DNA from: Oikopleura dioica
Taxonomy: Eukaryota; Animalia; Chordata
Reading direction: 5' to 3'
Assembly: GCA_907165135.1 (NCBI GenBank)
Contig: OU015567.1
Location: forward strand, 15,376,001 to 15,440,000
Length of the DNA: 64,000 bases
This document shows, piece by piece, positions 24,810 through 36,704 of the stretch; within the stretch, counting starts at the first letter, position 1; every line of letters starts with the position of its first letter. The position numbers were made by a program, and so were the translations under genes. The notes beneath the pieces are model-generated. The model saw nothing but the letters and a program-made list of their open reading frames with translations, made no database searches and was not told where the DNA came from.

Positions 24810-25801
24810 TAAACAACTACCAAGAATGGTCACAAACACAAAGTGCAAATCTGGACGCGAACTTTCTAGTACAGCCATCAGATTCAGATTTCAAGGCGTC
24901 AGCTTTATGAATATTTAAAAGCAACGGTGTGTTAAATTACTCGTTTTTTGAAAAGACTTGCCTTGAATCGTCTGAAACGGAACAAAAAAGGAATCGCCAA
25001 GGAGACACTCGGCAAAATCAAAGCAAGAGCAGGGATCTCTGAACTTTGGCAGAGAGCGAAAATATTAATTTTGTAAAAGTAAGTTCATCTTTTAACACCT
25101 TGAAAAAGGTCTTTCTGGGTATTACTGTACATGGACTTTAGTTCATGGCTTTCGAAATTGTCTTGTTGACGATTTTCAGACTTATTTTTGCAATATGAGC
25201 ATATCAGTTTTTGCCAGACATCTGAAATACCGACAGACACGCTATATATACTGCGGCTTCGAGATTATTTTTGTCTTTATAATTGACTTGATCTATTTTT
25301 AATTTCAAGAGAGTGATTATTAATCACTGATTAATTGTCAGTTTATCACAAATTGTAAGTAAAAATTCGTTATTATTTTTAAATTAATTTTATAATTTAA
25401 TTATTTTTTTTATTAATTAAAAGAAGAATTGATCTTTAATAGTTTAAATAATTAATTTCATAGCTATATATAGCATTGAAATAAAATTGTTATCTTGTGG
25501 TCATATTTTATGACAGAGAAGGAAATATGGGCCATATTATATGGCTTATAATGACGAGACCTAACCTTGACCTTTAAAAATCTATAATTCGTTGCGTCGA
25601 ATGGCCTTACATTGACATAACTTAGCATTGCGCACTATGGACCACTGTCTCGGTGTTTGCCGCCGCGAATTGCTCCAACTTTGCGCAACGCCGCCGCCGC
25701 GCGCTCTCGTAGCGCAGTGCTCTTTTACTACTCTTTGGGCGCACTGAGAAAAAAACTCAACAGAAAAATTCAGGTCGCCAAAAAGAACCAGAAAGAGAAC
25801 G

Positions 25802-27181
25802 ATGAACTCGTCGCTTCAACTTTCGATGTGCTCGCTCGGGTGGTTTTTCTTTCTGCGCAGAGCAATGTCTGATTCCGGAAAGTTTGACCAGCTGGAGAAA
25901 AGGAAGAGAACCGAGACGATCAATTTGGCCGTTAGTGTTTTTCACTCGTTTTTCAGTGGACTGGGAGCGCTTTTTTCGATCTATAAAATGGTAAGTGGAT
26001 TGATTATTTGAGAAAAGTTAGGGGAACTCAATGATTTCTAATGATTATTAAACAATTATTGCCGTATTAAGCCATGTTTTGTAAATAAAATGCATTTAAA
26101 TTGAATAAATATAAGTCGCATATGCATTTAAAATCCATTAGATGCATATTGAAAGCCGATTATTCGCAATCACATGGCTGATTTTGAAGCTAAAAACACG
26201 CGCTTTTGACTTTGACGGGAATCCCCTGGGGCCAGAAACCCTATGGAAGGTTTAATTATTGAGCACAACGAGGAGGAGAAGATTCTCGTCAAGTCTCGGG
26301 TGCATAAGGTCGTTCGGGTTTGTTGGAAAACTCGAGTAAATAGCGACAGTGAGCCAAGGCTTCCATTTGGCATTTTATACGGGATATTAAGCGAATGGCA
26401 AACTGTTTTAACTTGAAGTTAAAATCTTTAATAGGTTTGAAATTAACCATGGATTTTAGCCGGAGCTCCTCGAAGATATGGTCTTTGCCCACAACAGTTT
26501 ATCAGCTTCTGTGACTAGTTTTACTTTCGGCTATTTTATTTACGACTTCTTTGATTTATTGGCAGCCAGCCGGTGGTCGATCTCGAAGACCAATTTTGAT
26601 ATCATTCTTCATCATGTGCTCGTCATTTGCTGCTTCGGTTCCTGTGTCGGTAAGTTCAACTTCTTGATTGAGCGCCGCAATTCAACCAATTCAAGTGCAA
26701 CAACGATACATGGGACTGTCTATGCTCTCCATCCTCATGGAAGTCAACTCGGTATTCCTTCATCTTCGAAAAATCTCCCGAAATTTCGACATAAAATCTG
26801 GCCTGATTTACTACTCAATCGTTGCCCTCAATTTCATCACGCTCCTGGCTTTCCGCGTTGCCGTAAGTTTAAATAAGTTCAAAACTGCTCGGCCTTGAGC
26901 CCAGATCAATATTTGCCGTCGTAAATATTATCGGGTCATTGTAAAACTGGAGATTTTAGGTCTCGTACAAAATGATCGTCTGGTTGTCTACAGTCGACAG
27001 AAGTGGAATTCCTAATGTTGTCTTCTACCTCGGTAAGTCATCATAAATAGACAGTCACTTCAATTTATTCAAAGGTGTTATTGCCATGCCTATAATTGCC
27101 GCCATGAACTGTGTGCTGTTCTACAGATGTCTTCGCGTAGACATCTTGCGACCCTTATCCCGACCGATCAAGAAAGAATAA
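25802..27181 (+). CDS. TLC-domain membrane protein, TLCD1/TLCD2-like
   Basis: AVSVFHSFFSGLGAL, FGYFIYDFFD, IILHH, LMEVNSVFLHLRK and FR motifs of TLC domains. Confidence 0.85.
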
Positions 27182-27501
27182 AACTTACCGCATTCTCTAT
27201 TTTTCTAACCCCACTGCCATCCTGCAATTCATACGTTACAGTCACCACTATTCTCAATTCAAAAATTTCTCACAGTACAAATCGACTTTCACAATAAATT
27301 TCATATTCGTGTAAATACCCTTCGCAAAAATTCTAAATTGAACCAATCTCTATTTTCGGAAATTGCTTCCTCAAAATAGGCGTAAATTTTCATTAATCGC
27401 AACTTCGGATCATTGCGAAAATCTTATAAAAACAAAGTTCCTTTTCTCAGACGCTTGCTGACGCTATAAGATATCACTTAATTTTCTAATCGAGAGGCAG
27501 G

Positions 27502-28153
27502 ATGAAAATTTTAGCAACTTTAGGTACTGGTAAAAAAGTATCAAGCCGAAATTTTATCGGGGACAGAATGTTTACCAGGGTGAAGGCTCTTTCTTTGCCT
27601 CAACAAATGCATGGGAAAAAGGTTCCTGTTATAATACTGAGCCTGGGAGTTCTTCAATGATTTGCAAGAACTCGTGTCAGTTCGATTGGATCGGAAGAGG
27701 GGATAAGATTTTTTTCAAAGAGATGATAAATAGCGAGTACTACTTGAGCTCCCAGGTCGTGGCTAGAAAATGGAACTTACCGTATTTGAACAAGGAAGAC
27801 GGATACGTTGGAATGCTCAGGTAAATGATATTCATCATTCGCTAGAATTAGATTATAGATTTGACCGAACTTACTGTAAGCGAGCGATTCTCCGATCCAT
27901 CGGCCAAAATGATATCGCCGTAACAGTTGGCGACCGCACAAGAGAAAATTACCGCGTTGAAGCTCAGTACTTTGAGCGACCCGCTGATGGTTCGACAAAG
28001 AAAGAAGCTGCGGTTGTTCAATTCCGAAGATCTGGCTATGTTGAAGGCGAGTTTCTTTCGAGAGGAAAGGATCGCTTCTTCGTCTCGATGCATGGAATTG
28101 ATGAGCATTCAAACCCAATCGAAGGTGTAACAAGCGAAGACATCCATCAGTAG
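27502..28153 (+). CDS. Uncharacterised protein (~200 aa), one intron, possible frameshift
   Basis: Long stop-free frame GQNVYQGEGSFF...GYVGMLR spliced (GT-AG) to YRFDRTYCKR...EDIHQ; the 5' end needs +1 A at 27532-27537. Confidence 0.55.
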
Positions 28154-28250
28154 GTTCAAAAAAAAAAATTCTCGGTAAATCGATTCAGTTAGATTTCGGT
28201 CTTTTTTATTTTCCAGCCAAATAATTTGTATTTTTGAACCTATTAAATTA

Positions 28251-29762
28251 ATGTTTTCTCAATGTTGGCCTTTTGGCAATGGCTGAAGATTATCAAGACT
28301 TTATGAGCGTCGATTACACAAAAGCTTATCTCTATCAGTGAAGGTTCCTAAAAATTTTACTGGAATTATTTAATATGAAACAATCGTTTTAAATCAGTGC
28401 TATTAATAAGAAATTTAAAAAAAAAATTAATCATTTTTACACCTTTTAAACAGCGTTATGGACAAGCTCCTGACTGGGATGAAGGACCACTGCCAGTGAG
28501 TTGTAGTTAAAAGTATAAAAAGATAACATTTATCCCTAGATGGATACATATATCTTTGCGATGACGCATAATACATACCTGTCTTATGTTATATCTGGAG
28601 ATGGAGCATCAAAAAGAAGCGCGCCAGTTCCGCCAAATGAGCATAACACTCTGATGGCTGCTGGTCACGCGGTTATACGAGGAGAATTATATTTTTTCGG
28701 GGGAAACTACGGTATCGGTGCCGGAGGTGTCAACCTTCTTGCGCCTCGCAGGGTAAGAATAAACATTTTTAATATCTCTCTAAAGCTTTAATTAAGATTG
28801 GAAAAATAGAAAACTGCGCATTTAAAGAATTACCACCAGTCCTTAATTTTGACTATGACGATGGGGCTTCTGTTATTTCTCTTGCAGATAACAGCGGAGG
28901 TTTATTTAATTTCTTTTTATGATAATGAATTATTATATTTTTAAGCTCTTATTTGCTTCGGAGGACGTTGGGGACCGATTCCTGAAGATTATAGCAGGTG
29001 CAACGTTTTCGATGTTGATGTAGGATCAGTCACAGAAACATACTCAACGACTCATGACCACAGATTTACATCACTAGGCTATTTCAGTGAACGGATATTA
29101 TCTCATGGAAATCATTAAAAATACAATTGGACTTTTCTATATTCGCTAGTCGGGGTTAAAATGGAACTTTTATATATTAATTATATAATAAACAATTCAA
29201 TATTCCAGCTAAAGAGGAACACCAACTGCAACCTGTGGATCCGGCCATAGAAGAGTCGAAACCTTAACTGTGAACGGTTGGACAGCGTTACCTGATCACC
29301 CTGAGTAAGTTAATAAAAAACCTTTTACCTTTTATAAACTTTTTGATTATAATATTAATCAATCAAGGCCACTGGCTTCTCACTGCTCGGTTGGACTCAG
29401 TAATGGATCCTTGTTGACAATATCAGGACATGCTCCCCATGTTTATACAAAAGCGATTTGGATGCTGTCTCCCGAATCTTACGAATGGTCACATATCGGA
29501 GATTTACTTCAAGTGAAAAATGATAAATAGTCTTCCTTGATTCATTTGTTTTTAGGCAGCTTCACAATCTTCAGTTATTTGGATCGGATCATCTCTCTAC
29601 CATTTCGCCGGTCGAACCGAGGAAAATACCCGTCCTGTTCAGCGAATTGACTTTTCCTTCGATAAAATACTGAATACGACAAAAATTGATGTGCCAAAGG
29701 AGACTGGTATATCTTCTCGCCCAGCTGTTTTTCAGTCAACTGTAGATTTCTGCACAATATGA
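28251..29762 (+). CDS. Kelch/galactose-oxidase-like beta-propeller protein, many small exons
   Basis: GHAVIRGELYFFGG, ALICFGG, GWTALPDHP, WSHIGDL, SLYHFAG..VQRIDF..RPAVF blade-like motifs. Confidence 0.75.
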
Positions 29763-29910
29763 GAATAAAAAAGTTAAACATCGACTCTGAACGTAAAATG
29801 ACCAATGTACGAAAATGCGTGTTTTTTATTCAATTTTCATCATTTGAATCGAGATTCGTGAGATCGGTATAAACAAGAAGTGAAAAGGTGGGACGAAATG
29901 TTTTTTGATT

Positions 29911-31287
29911 TTAGCAACCAGGGGTCCAAACAGCCTGGTTTACATTCTTGTCGAATCTTTTTGGTCGGAACATCTTGTTGCTTGGGCTATGGAGAAAAAT
30001 TATGTTTTTTTTTTTGTTGATTCGTATTCTATCTTTACCTCGGGCAAACCATTCGGAAGGACGGCTCATAGATAAGACCTCCTTTGCTAGAAAATCGATA
30101 AAGATCGAGTTGAAATCAAGGAAGAGTACCTTTTGGCAGGCTTCTCCAAATTGCACTTTTTGGAGACAAAATTATTCGGCACTGGACCCGCTCTAGTGGG
30201 ACACCTTTCTTCCTTGTCCCAGTTCCAGGACAAGTACTGTGCAGATTGCGAATCGTGAATAGCAGGCTTCATTGGCTCAACAGGTGTGGGTGGCACGGGA
30301 CTCTGAAATTTCCGTCAATCTCTGAGGGGAAGCAATAAAATAAAGACGTACGGGTGATGGGGGAAGTGACGCATTTTTGTCGACGAGAAGATCCTTCATC
30401 GACATTTTTCTACCAGGAACTTCGATTTTGCCAATTGCTGGCTTTTTGAATCCAAGAGCAGTCGCGTTCTCGAAATGTTTGCTTGGAAGACCGGGTGCTA
30501 GAATCGAATGTTCGAATCAAAATTGCCCTTCTTCAAAAAGACTTACGCAGATTTTTAGTTTTTCGAATGTTGAGTTTTCCCATTTTCTTGTAGCTGCTAG
30601 TACTGATTTGATTGATCTGTGAGCCAAAATCTAAATGCATCGTTTCTACCGTGTTGCCAAAATCATCTACCTTTAGCGACATCTGGAGTATTTTTGACTG
30701 GGTTAATGTTGTTGAAGTTCATGTTCTCAAAGGGACGTAAGAAATTTCCTCGAACGAAAAGATACCTTGACGGGAGCTTTAACAGAAGAGAAGTTTCCAC
30801 CATAAGCACTCCATGGTTTGATGCTCTCGTTTCTCTCGCCACAAGCACTGGCAGGTCGATCCATGGCTAGAGCACCGAAGGCACCTGCATGGCCATTGAA
30901 TTGATTCGGCCTCATAAACTAGAAATTTGATGGTGAGTTCGATGAAGATTTGCTTTCTTTTTTACGTTGAAGGGTAAGTCGCCTTGTGGTTTTTCAATAA
31001 CAACTCGTTCGGCTTGGATCTTCTGTGGTTTCGGCATGGTAAAATCGATAAAAGTTGGATCATTCTTCTGCATATCCGCGATTGTGGTGAGTTTTGGCTT
31101 GGCACCTGTGCCACTTGGGTCGTCCAGATCCGCCGGCTTGTCGTATTTGGTTCGAGCAACGTAGCCGCATCGTTGACGATCGGTAATTCTGCCTTGAAAT
31201 TGACATATGGGCGGGCTTGAACGGCAGGCATTTACCTGTTGGGAGGCCGGAAAGTTTGCCCTGCCCAGATTTTGTGAATTTATTCAT
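29911..31287 (-). CDS. Uncharacterised multi-exon protein
   Basis: MNKFTKSGQGKLSGLPTG joined by consecutive short GT-AG introns in frame to ...KNVNQAVWTPGC*. Confidence 0.7.
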
Positions 31288-32443
31288 TCTTTCTTGTTTC
31301 AACTTGAAGAGTCTTTGATAGGTTGAGTTTTCTTCATATTTTTTTATAATTGGATATCTTCAAATTCCGTAAAACTAACTTTCATGCTCCCAATAATCAA
31401 TTATTAGAGCCCAAGTTAAAAAATACAATCAAAATCAACCATTTCCTAGATCCTCGACCCTTCGAGTCAAGCGCCTGGCTCGGCCCAGTAGGAGTAGCTG
31501 ATCTGATGATAGGTTCTTTCCATTCATAATCATCAATAGTTTCTCCTTCAGTTTCAAATTGCAATTCTTCCTCCGAATCGGAATAAAAGGCTTCAGAATC
31601 TTCTGCTTCTGATTGGCAAGTTCCATAGCCAGATTGACTGTACTTTTCGGAGCGCAGTCGGCCCTTGGCGAAGAGTTTCGCGGCCTTTTTAATGGGTCAT
31701 TAAAAATCTTTACTCTCTATTTTTTGAAAATGTGTAATATATTCCGAGGTGTTAATCCTTTGACAAAATATATTGACTTGCTGATTGTCCGAAATGATCG
31801 TTTAGAGCGAAGTAATAGTAAAGTACCCATAACTTGTTCGACTCGGCGAGTAATGCGTCCATTCTCTTACTCTCGTGATCAGTCAGCTGTCAGTTTCGTG
31901 GCGCGCGAAAACTGCGCAGAGCTTTATTTTTCCACAAAAAGGACTGAACTACTTGTCGAGATTATCTCCTCAAGACTCCGCTACGGCCAATTGAACTTCA
32001 GAAAACGCGTCACCTATGACAAAGGTCAATTACTAGAATTTTATTTATGAAAAAAATTCAAGGCCAACTGATCTTGCGGCGAACTCGTCTGATCCAACGC
32101 CCATGTCCGGAATTTATCGGACTTTGGTGCGAATTAAGTCGATAATTAACGCTTTTGCTCTAATTTTGATTTTGCGAAAGCGGGAGTGGCCATGAGACAA
32201 GATCCTTGATGAGGTCCTTATGGGATTCATTTCTGCCGTTGGGTCGACTCTGGGCGAGGCGTCGCATCGATCGGGAAACACTTCCGCCCTTGAAAATTCA
32301 CAAGCACCGGGAAATTGCCCACCCAACCCAGTCGAAATTGGCAAGTGACAGTTATTTCAGGTAATAGCACTTTAAACTGACAGATTGAAAATCTTTATTG
32401 AAAACTTTTTTAACCGTTGATTTCCCAAAGTTCCAGGACTAAG

Positions 32444-32885
32444 GGTCATCAAGGAAAGTGAACCGAGACAGTTATAAGTTATAACTTATAACTAATCATA
32501 AGTTAGGGTTAGGGTTAGGGTGAACGTTAGGGTCTATAATTTCAGTGTTTATAATTACAGTATTCTGAAAACTGTATTCTGAATACACCACTGAGGTATT
32601 CCGTGTTGAGCCAAAAATCAACTGAAAGCTTCAAAAAGTAATAGTTTGTTATACATTTCTAGCGTAGAAACACAAGAGTGCCTCGAATCAGCGTTTATAT
32701 AAAACTCTGATTACTTCGGATTCCTTAAAATTTCAGCGAAAATGAAAAAAAATGATTAAATTTTTGTTAATCTGATCGTGATATAAAAAATGATAAACCC
32801 TAACCCTAATCCTAGCCATAAACCTAACCCTAACTTATAATAAGTTACAACTGTTTCTGTACACTGTACAGTTTCCTTGATAGCC
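32444..32885. mobile_element. MITE-like element with inverted telomere-type (TTAGGG) subterminal arrays
   Basis: GG..ATCAAGGAAA.TG inverted ends; (TTAGGG)3 near 32503-32520 and CCCTAA repeats near 32797-32833. TSD not resolved. Confidence 0.7.
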
Positions 32886-34539
32886 TATGCTTAGGATGAC
32901 CATTGCGAAATCAACCGTTGAATACAGTTTCCTCCAGTCAAAAGAAATGTACGAGGACGGAATTAGCATCACTTTCTTCAATCAACCTTTACAATTGTAC
33001 TCTTATCATAGAAGTCTAATAAGTTGAATGTGATTGTTATGATTGGCTTGGTAGGATTCCCTGGATGATCCTTGTTTCCTCCCAGTTTTCGGTTTTGATC
33101 TCAACTGACGTTACAAGGGTGTCAAGTGGGCATCGATTGGCCGAGGAAGGTGGTGGCTGCTGATCTGGTGTAAAGAGAAGCGGCGGCGCCCTCGAGCACC
33201 AGGGAGTAGCCGAAGCGCCACCGCCCAGCACCTCAAATCTGAGCCGCCGACGATAATCCAAATCACTTCGAGCCGGAAATCCGACTTAGAAACACACTTT
33301 CAAGAGCAAACTATCCCTTTTACGAATCTTCAAGAATACCCTCCTAAAAAGACTTTAGAATAGTTTATTTAAAAAATACCATAAAAATAGACCTTCTATC
33401 AAATAGACTTATCAAATAGACACAAACAAAAAATACGCTACTTAGAATTTATCTTATAAAAATCGAATCAGGGACAAAAAAAAACTCAAAATCAACAAAG
33501 AGAAAAAATCAAATAGATAGAGAACTACCTGGAATCTGCGACATGAAGTAAGTACCATGGAGTTGAGCTCTAAGGGGAGATTGAGAATCTGAGCTACTGA
33601 AAAATGCACTGACTTTTTCAGTAGCTCATTCTTTGCGCGCCTAATTTGGGGGAGAAGCCGCGCGAAGTCTTGTCGGCTCTCTCATTGGCTCGGACTTTCC
33701 AGATTCTGTTCTTCTGAATCTCGAAAGTCTTCTAAGCTGCCAAGCGAGCGTTAAAGAGTTTTTCTAGACTTCCCCGACAGTGATTTGGGCGGGATACGGG
33801 GAAGGGGGCCAGGGGCTTTCTCCCAAAAGAGTTAAACTCCATGGTATCTTTATCTTTATTCTTATAAAAGTATTTCTTTCTCAAAAATAAAGTTGTTTTT
33901 TAAGAAAAATTAAGGCTAAAAATAAAATAAATATTTTCTAAATTTAAAGCAGATATTTCAGTCAAAATTTAACTTAACCCTAACCCTAACCCCGATTTTT
34001 CTTTCCCTAAAAAATTAATGCATAAAATAAATTTATTCTTTAAAATTCTATAATACAGAAGTTAAAGTTTGACTGTGTACTTACTGACTAACGCAAGTGG
34101 CCTGTTAAAACGGGCAATTACGGGAGCTATGTGTACATCATCCTCTCCAGGTGGGGCTCTAGTATTTTAACCCCCGACGAGGATGTATCTCGCAAAGGTG
34201 CGACCGACATTACCAGTTCTGCCTTAGCCGGTCCCGCGCCGCTAAAGTCGGACATGGGAGCGCGGCTGGACGGAATTTGTCGAGACCACCGTCACCGAGC
34301 TCTTGGGACAGCTGGTCGTTTTGACCGAGAAACGCATGTTGCCAAAACATCGCCGCGCCAAAGATGGGCGCGAAGACGAGCGGTACACAGCCTTCTTGAG
34401 GGTCCATCGCCCGACACGCTGATTTATCGAAAAATGTGCGGTTTTCCCGTAAAGTACATATTTGGCCAAATTTTCTTAACGGCACTTGTTTGGGATACAA
34501 CCTCACGTGCGAAGGGAATTTTAATGATGAAATGGTTAG

Positions 34540-34700
34540 CTGGATTCGGCAACCTGAGTAGAAAACCTGAGTCAGGTTCTGGAAGAGCTAAAATGAAAAG
34601 CCGCGTAGCGGCTTTTGTAAAATCGAAGCCGCTACGCGGCTTTTCATTTTAGGTCTTCCAGAGCCTGACTCAGGTCTTCCACTCAGGCTGCCGAGCCCAG
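34540..34700. mobile_element. MITE family A copy upstream of KLF
   Basis: CTGG...CCCAG; TSD ATGGTTAG/ATGGTCAG (7/8). Confidence 0.88.
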
Positions 34701-35169
34701 ATGGTCAGGTCCTTTTTGATCACCCACTCTTTCATAGTCTTACTTGATAGGACTTACTTGAAAACGTGGAATAAGAATAATCAATGATTTCAAATTTACA
34801 TTTTTACTTTTTGACCAACCCAACTTTGTGTCCGCCCCGCCGCGTAAATTCAGGAGTGGCGGCGGAAACCTCACGTGATTAGGGAAATTGAATGAATCTT
34901 TACTAAAGAGCAACATGAATAAGTGCACCTTTCAAGCTCGCGCGTGAAGGGGGACCCATCTGAAAAGGGCGCACACCAGCGGGTTAAGCTTCAACCACCA
35001 CCAGCCCAAGCGACCACGAGAAAGGTGGGACCCGGACCAAAAAGAGAGGCCTAAGACCGCCCAGGTAAAGGTCGCCCCTTTGCGGCCAGGCCATTTCATC
35101 TTCGCCCTCTGAAACGTTTTCCAGAAGCTGATGTTTTCGGCTTATTTTATCCAATTTTAAGTAAATTCT

Positions 35170-35543
35170 GGGCGTGGGCCAGGGGCAGAAATAGGAAGAA
35201 GGGATGAGCCACCGGAGATTGAGGATTAGCGACTTTATATTGCAGTGATAAGAAAATAAGCATCCCCCGGGAGAAACTTTTGATAAGGCTCTTCTTTTGC
35301 TGGAAAGCTTATCTGACTATTTCTAGTTCAGAAAATTATTTTTTGTTTCAAAAATATTCTGAATTTGAGCCTCAAAATGACGTTTATTTAAAAAGAACAA
35401 CGCACATTTACGTACGTAAAGCAGCTTGTAAAAAGTTTCTACAGTCCTTTCCCGTAATTGTCAATTGACGCAGCTTTGAAATGGCATTGTGCTATTTCGT
35501 GAAAACTTTCTTTCAAAGGAACCAAATTTACTTTCGGGCGTGG
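35170..35543 (+). promoter_or_regulatory. KLF promoter region with two KLF-consensus sites
   Basis: GGGCGTGG at 35170-35177 and 35536-35543. Confidence 0.45.
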
Positions 35544-35611
35544 TCTCGCCACTACGTCCCAACTTTTTTTATTAGCGGAATTCGTTTTCATATTTTCAAA
35601 ACTTACAAAAA

Positions 35612-36675
35612 ATGACCGAGATACTATTTAGCCAGTACATTCCAGACTATCAGCTTCTTCTCGCCCTGGCGCACATAAGAAATCAGCAGATCGTGCAGAC
35701 CTCTCTACTCAATCAGGCGATTTATCAGAATCAGCCACCTGCTGCGCCTCATGCGATCATGTAAGTTTCATTTGAGCCCCAAAACCCTTCAAAAAATACC
35801 TTGTTTTCATATCACTTTCTAGGCCTGCTCTTGCTGCAATTCCATCAGGAGTAACAACCGTCCTACCTCAGCCACTCCCTGTTTCTTTCCCAGTCACACC
35901 AACAAAAGCAGCTCAAAAGTCGAGAAAACAGTCGTACCGGATCGATGATCTTCTCGAATCCAGCCCCAAAAGAATCAAACTCGATCCACTCGCAACATCA
36001 ACACCGATCAAGCGCTCTCCATCTCCTTCTACCGAAACTCGTGGACCTTCTATCGACAATTTGAAGACCGAAATTCAATCAAATGATTCCGGCTTTGGCT
36101 CACCATCGGAAAACACGCCTGAAGCACCGAAAGTTCGCCGAAGGGTAAGTCAAAAGAAAAGCAATTCTCTCGATTATCACATCTTCTAGAGCCATATTTG
36201 CGATCATCCAAACTGTGGAAAAGCGTACACGAAAAGTTCCCACCTGAAAGCCCACCGGAGAACTCATACAGGTAATCTTACAGTTCATGTTATATAAGAA
36301 CTTTTATTGTAACAAAGTCATTTCACGCTTTTCTACGTTGCGCCCCTTGTGGTACTTAATAGCTTCCGGATTTTCTGACCACAACTCTGTAGAAGAAGTT
36401 CTCTAACGTGGAACCGGCCCAAATTTCGCCAACATTTCTTACATTTACCTTTTAGGAGAGAAGCCGTATTCGTGCACTTGGCCCGATTGCGAGTGGAAAT
36501 TCGCAAGATCTGACGAGCTCACGAGACATTATCGAAAGCATACAGGCTACAAGCCGTTTGTCTGCAATGTCTGTCAAAGAGCCTTTAGTCGTTCAGGTAG
36601 GATTTTTCAGTCTTTAAAAGCTAGAATCAAATTCCAGATCACCTTTCTCTTCACGTGAAACGTCACCGATCCTGA
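35612..36675 (+). CDS. KLF: Kruppel-like factor, three C-terminal C2H2 fingers
   Basis: [83 protein letters not shown]. Confidence 0.95.
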
Positions 36676-36704
36676 GTTATACTCCCCAATACTACCGGTA
36701 TATT

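Noticed and set aside
31400-32350. Short acidic minus-strand frame and a possible spliced plus-strand frame with two TGA codons
   Set aside because: No consistent start or exon chain and no homology recognised; could be a pseudogene or lncRNA.
33037-33600. Possible minus-strand spliced transcript divergent from KLF
   Set aside because: Donor, acceptor, GC box and CCAAT are present, but no convincing protein emerges and there is no expression data.
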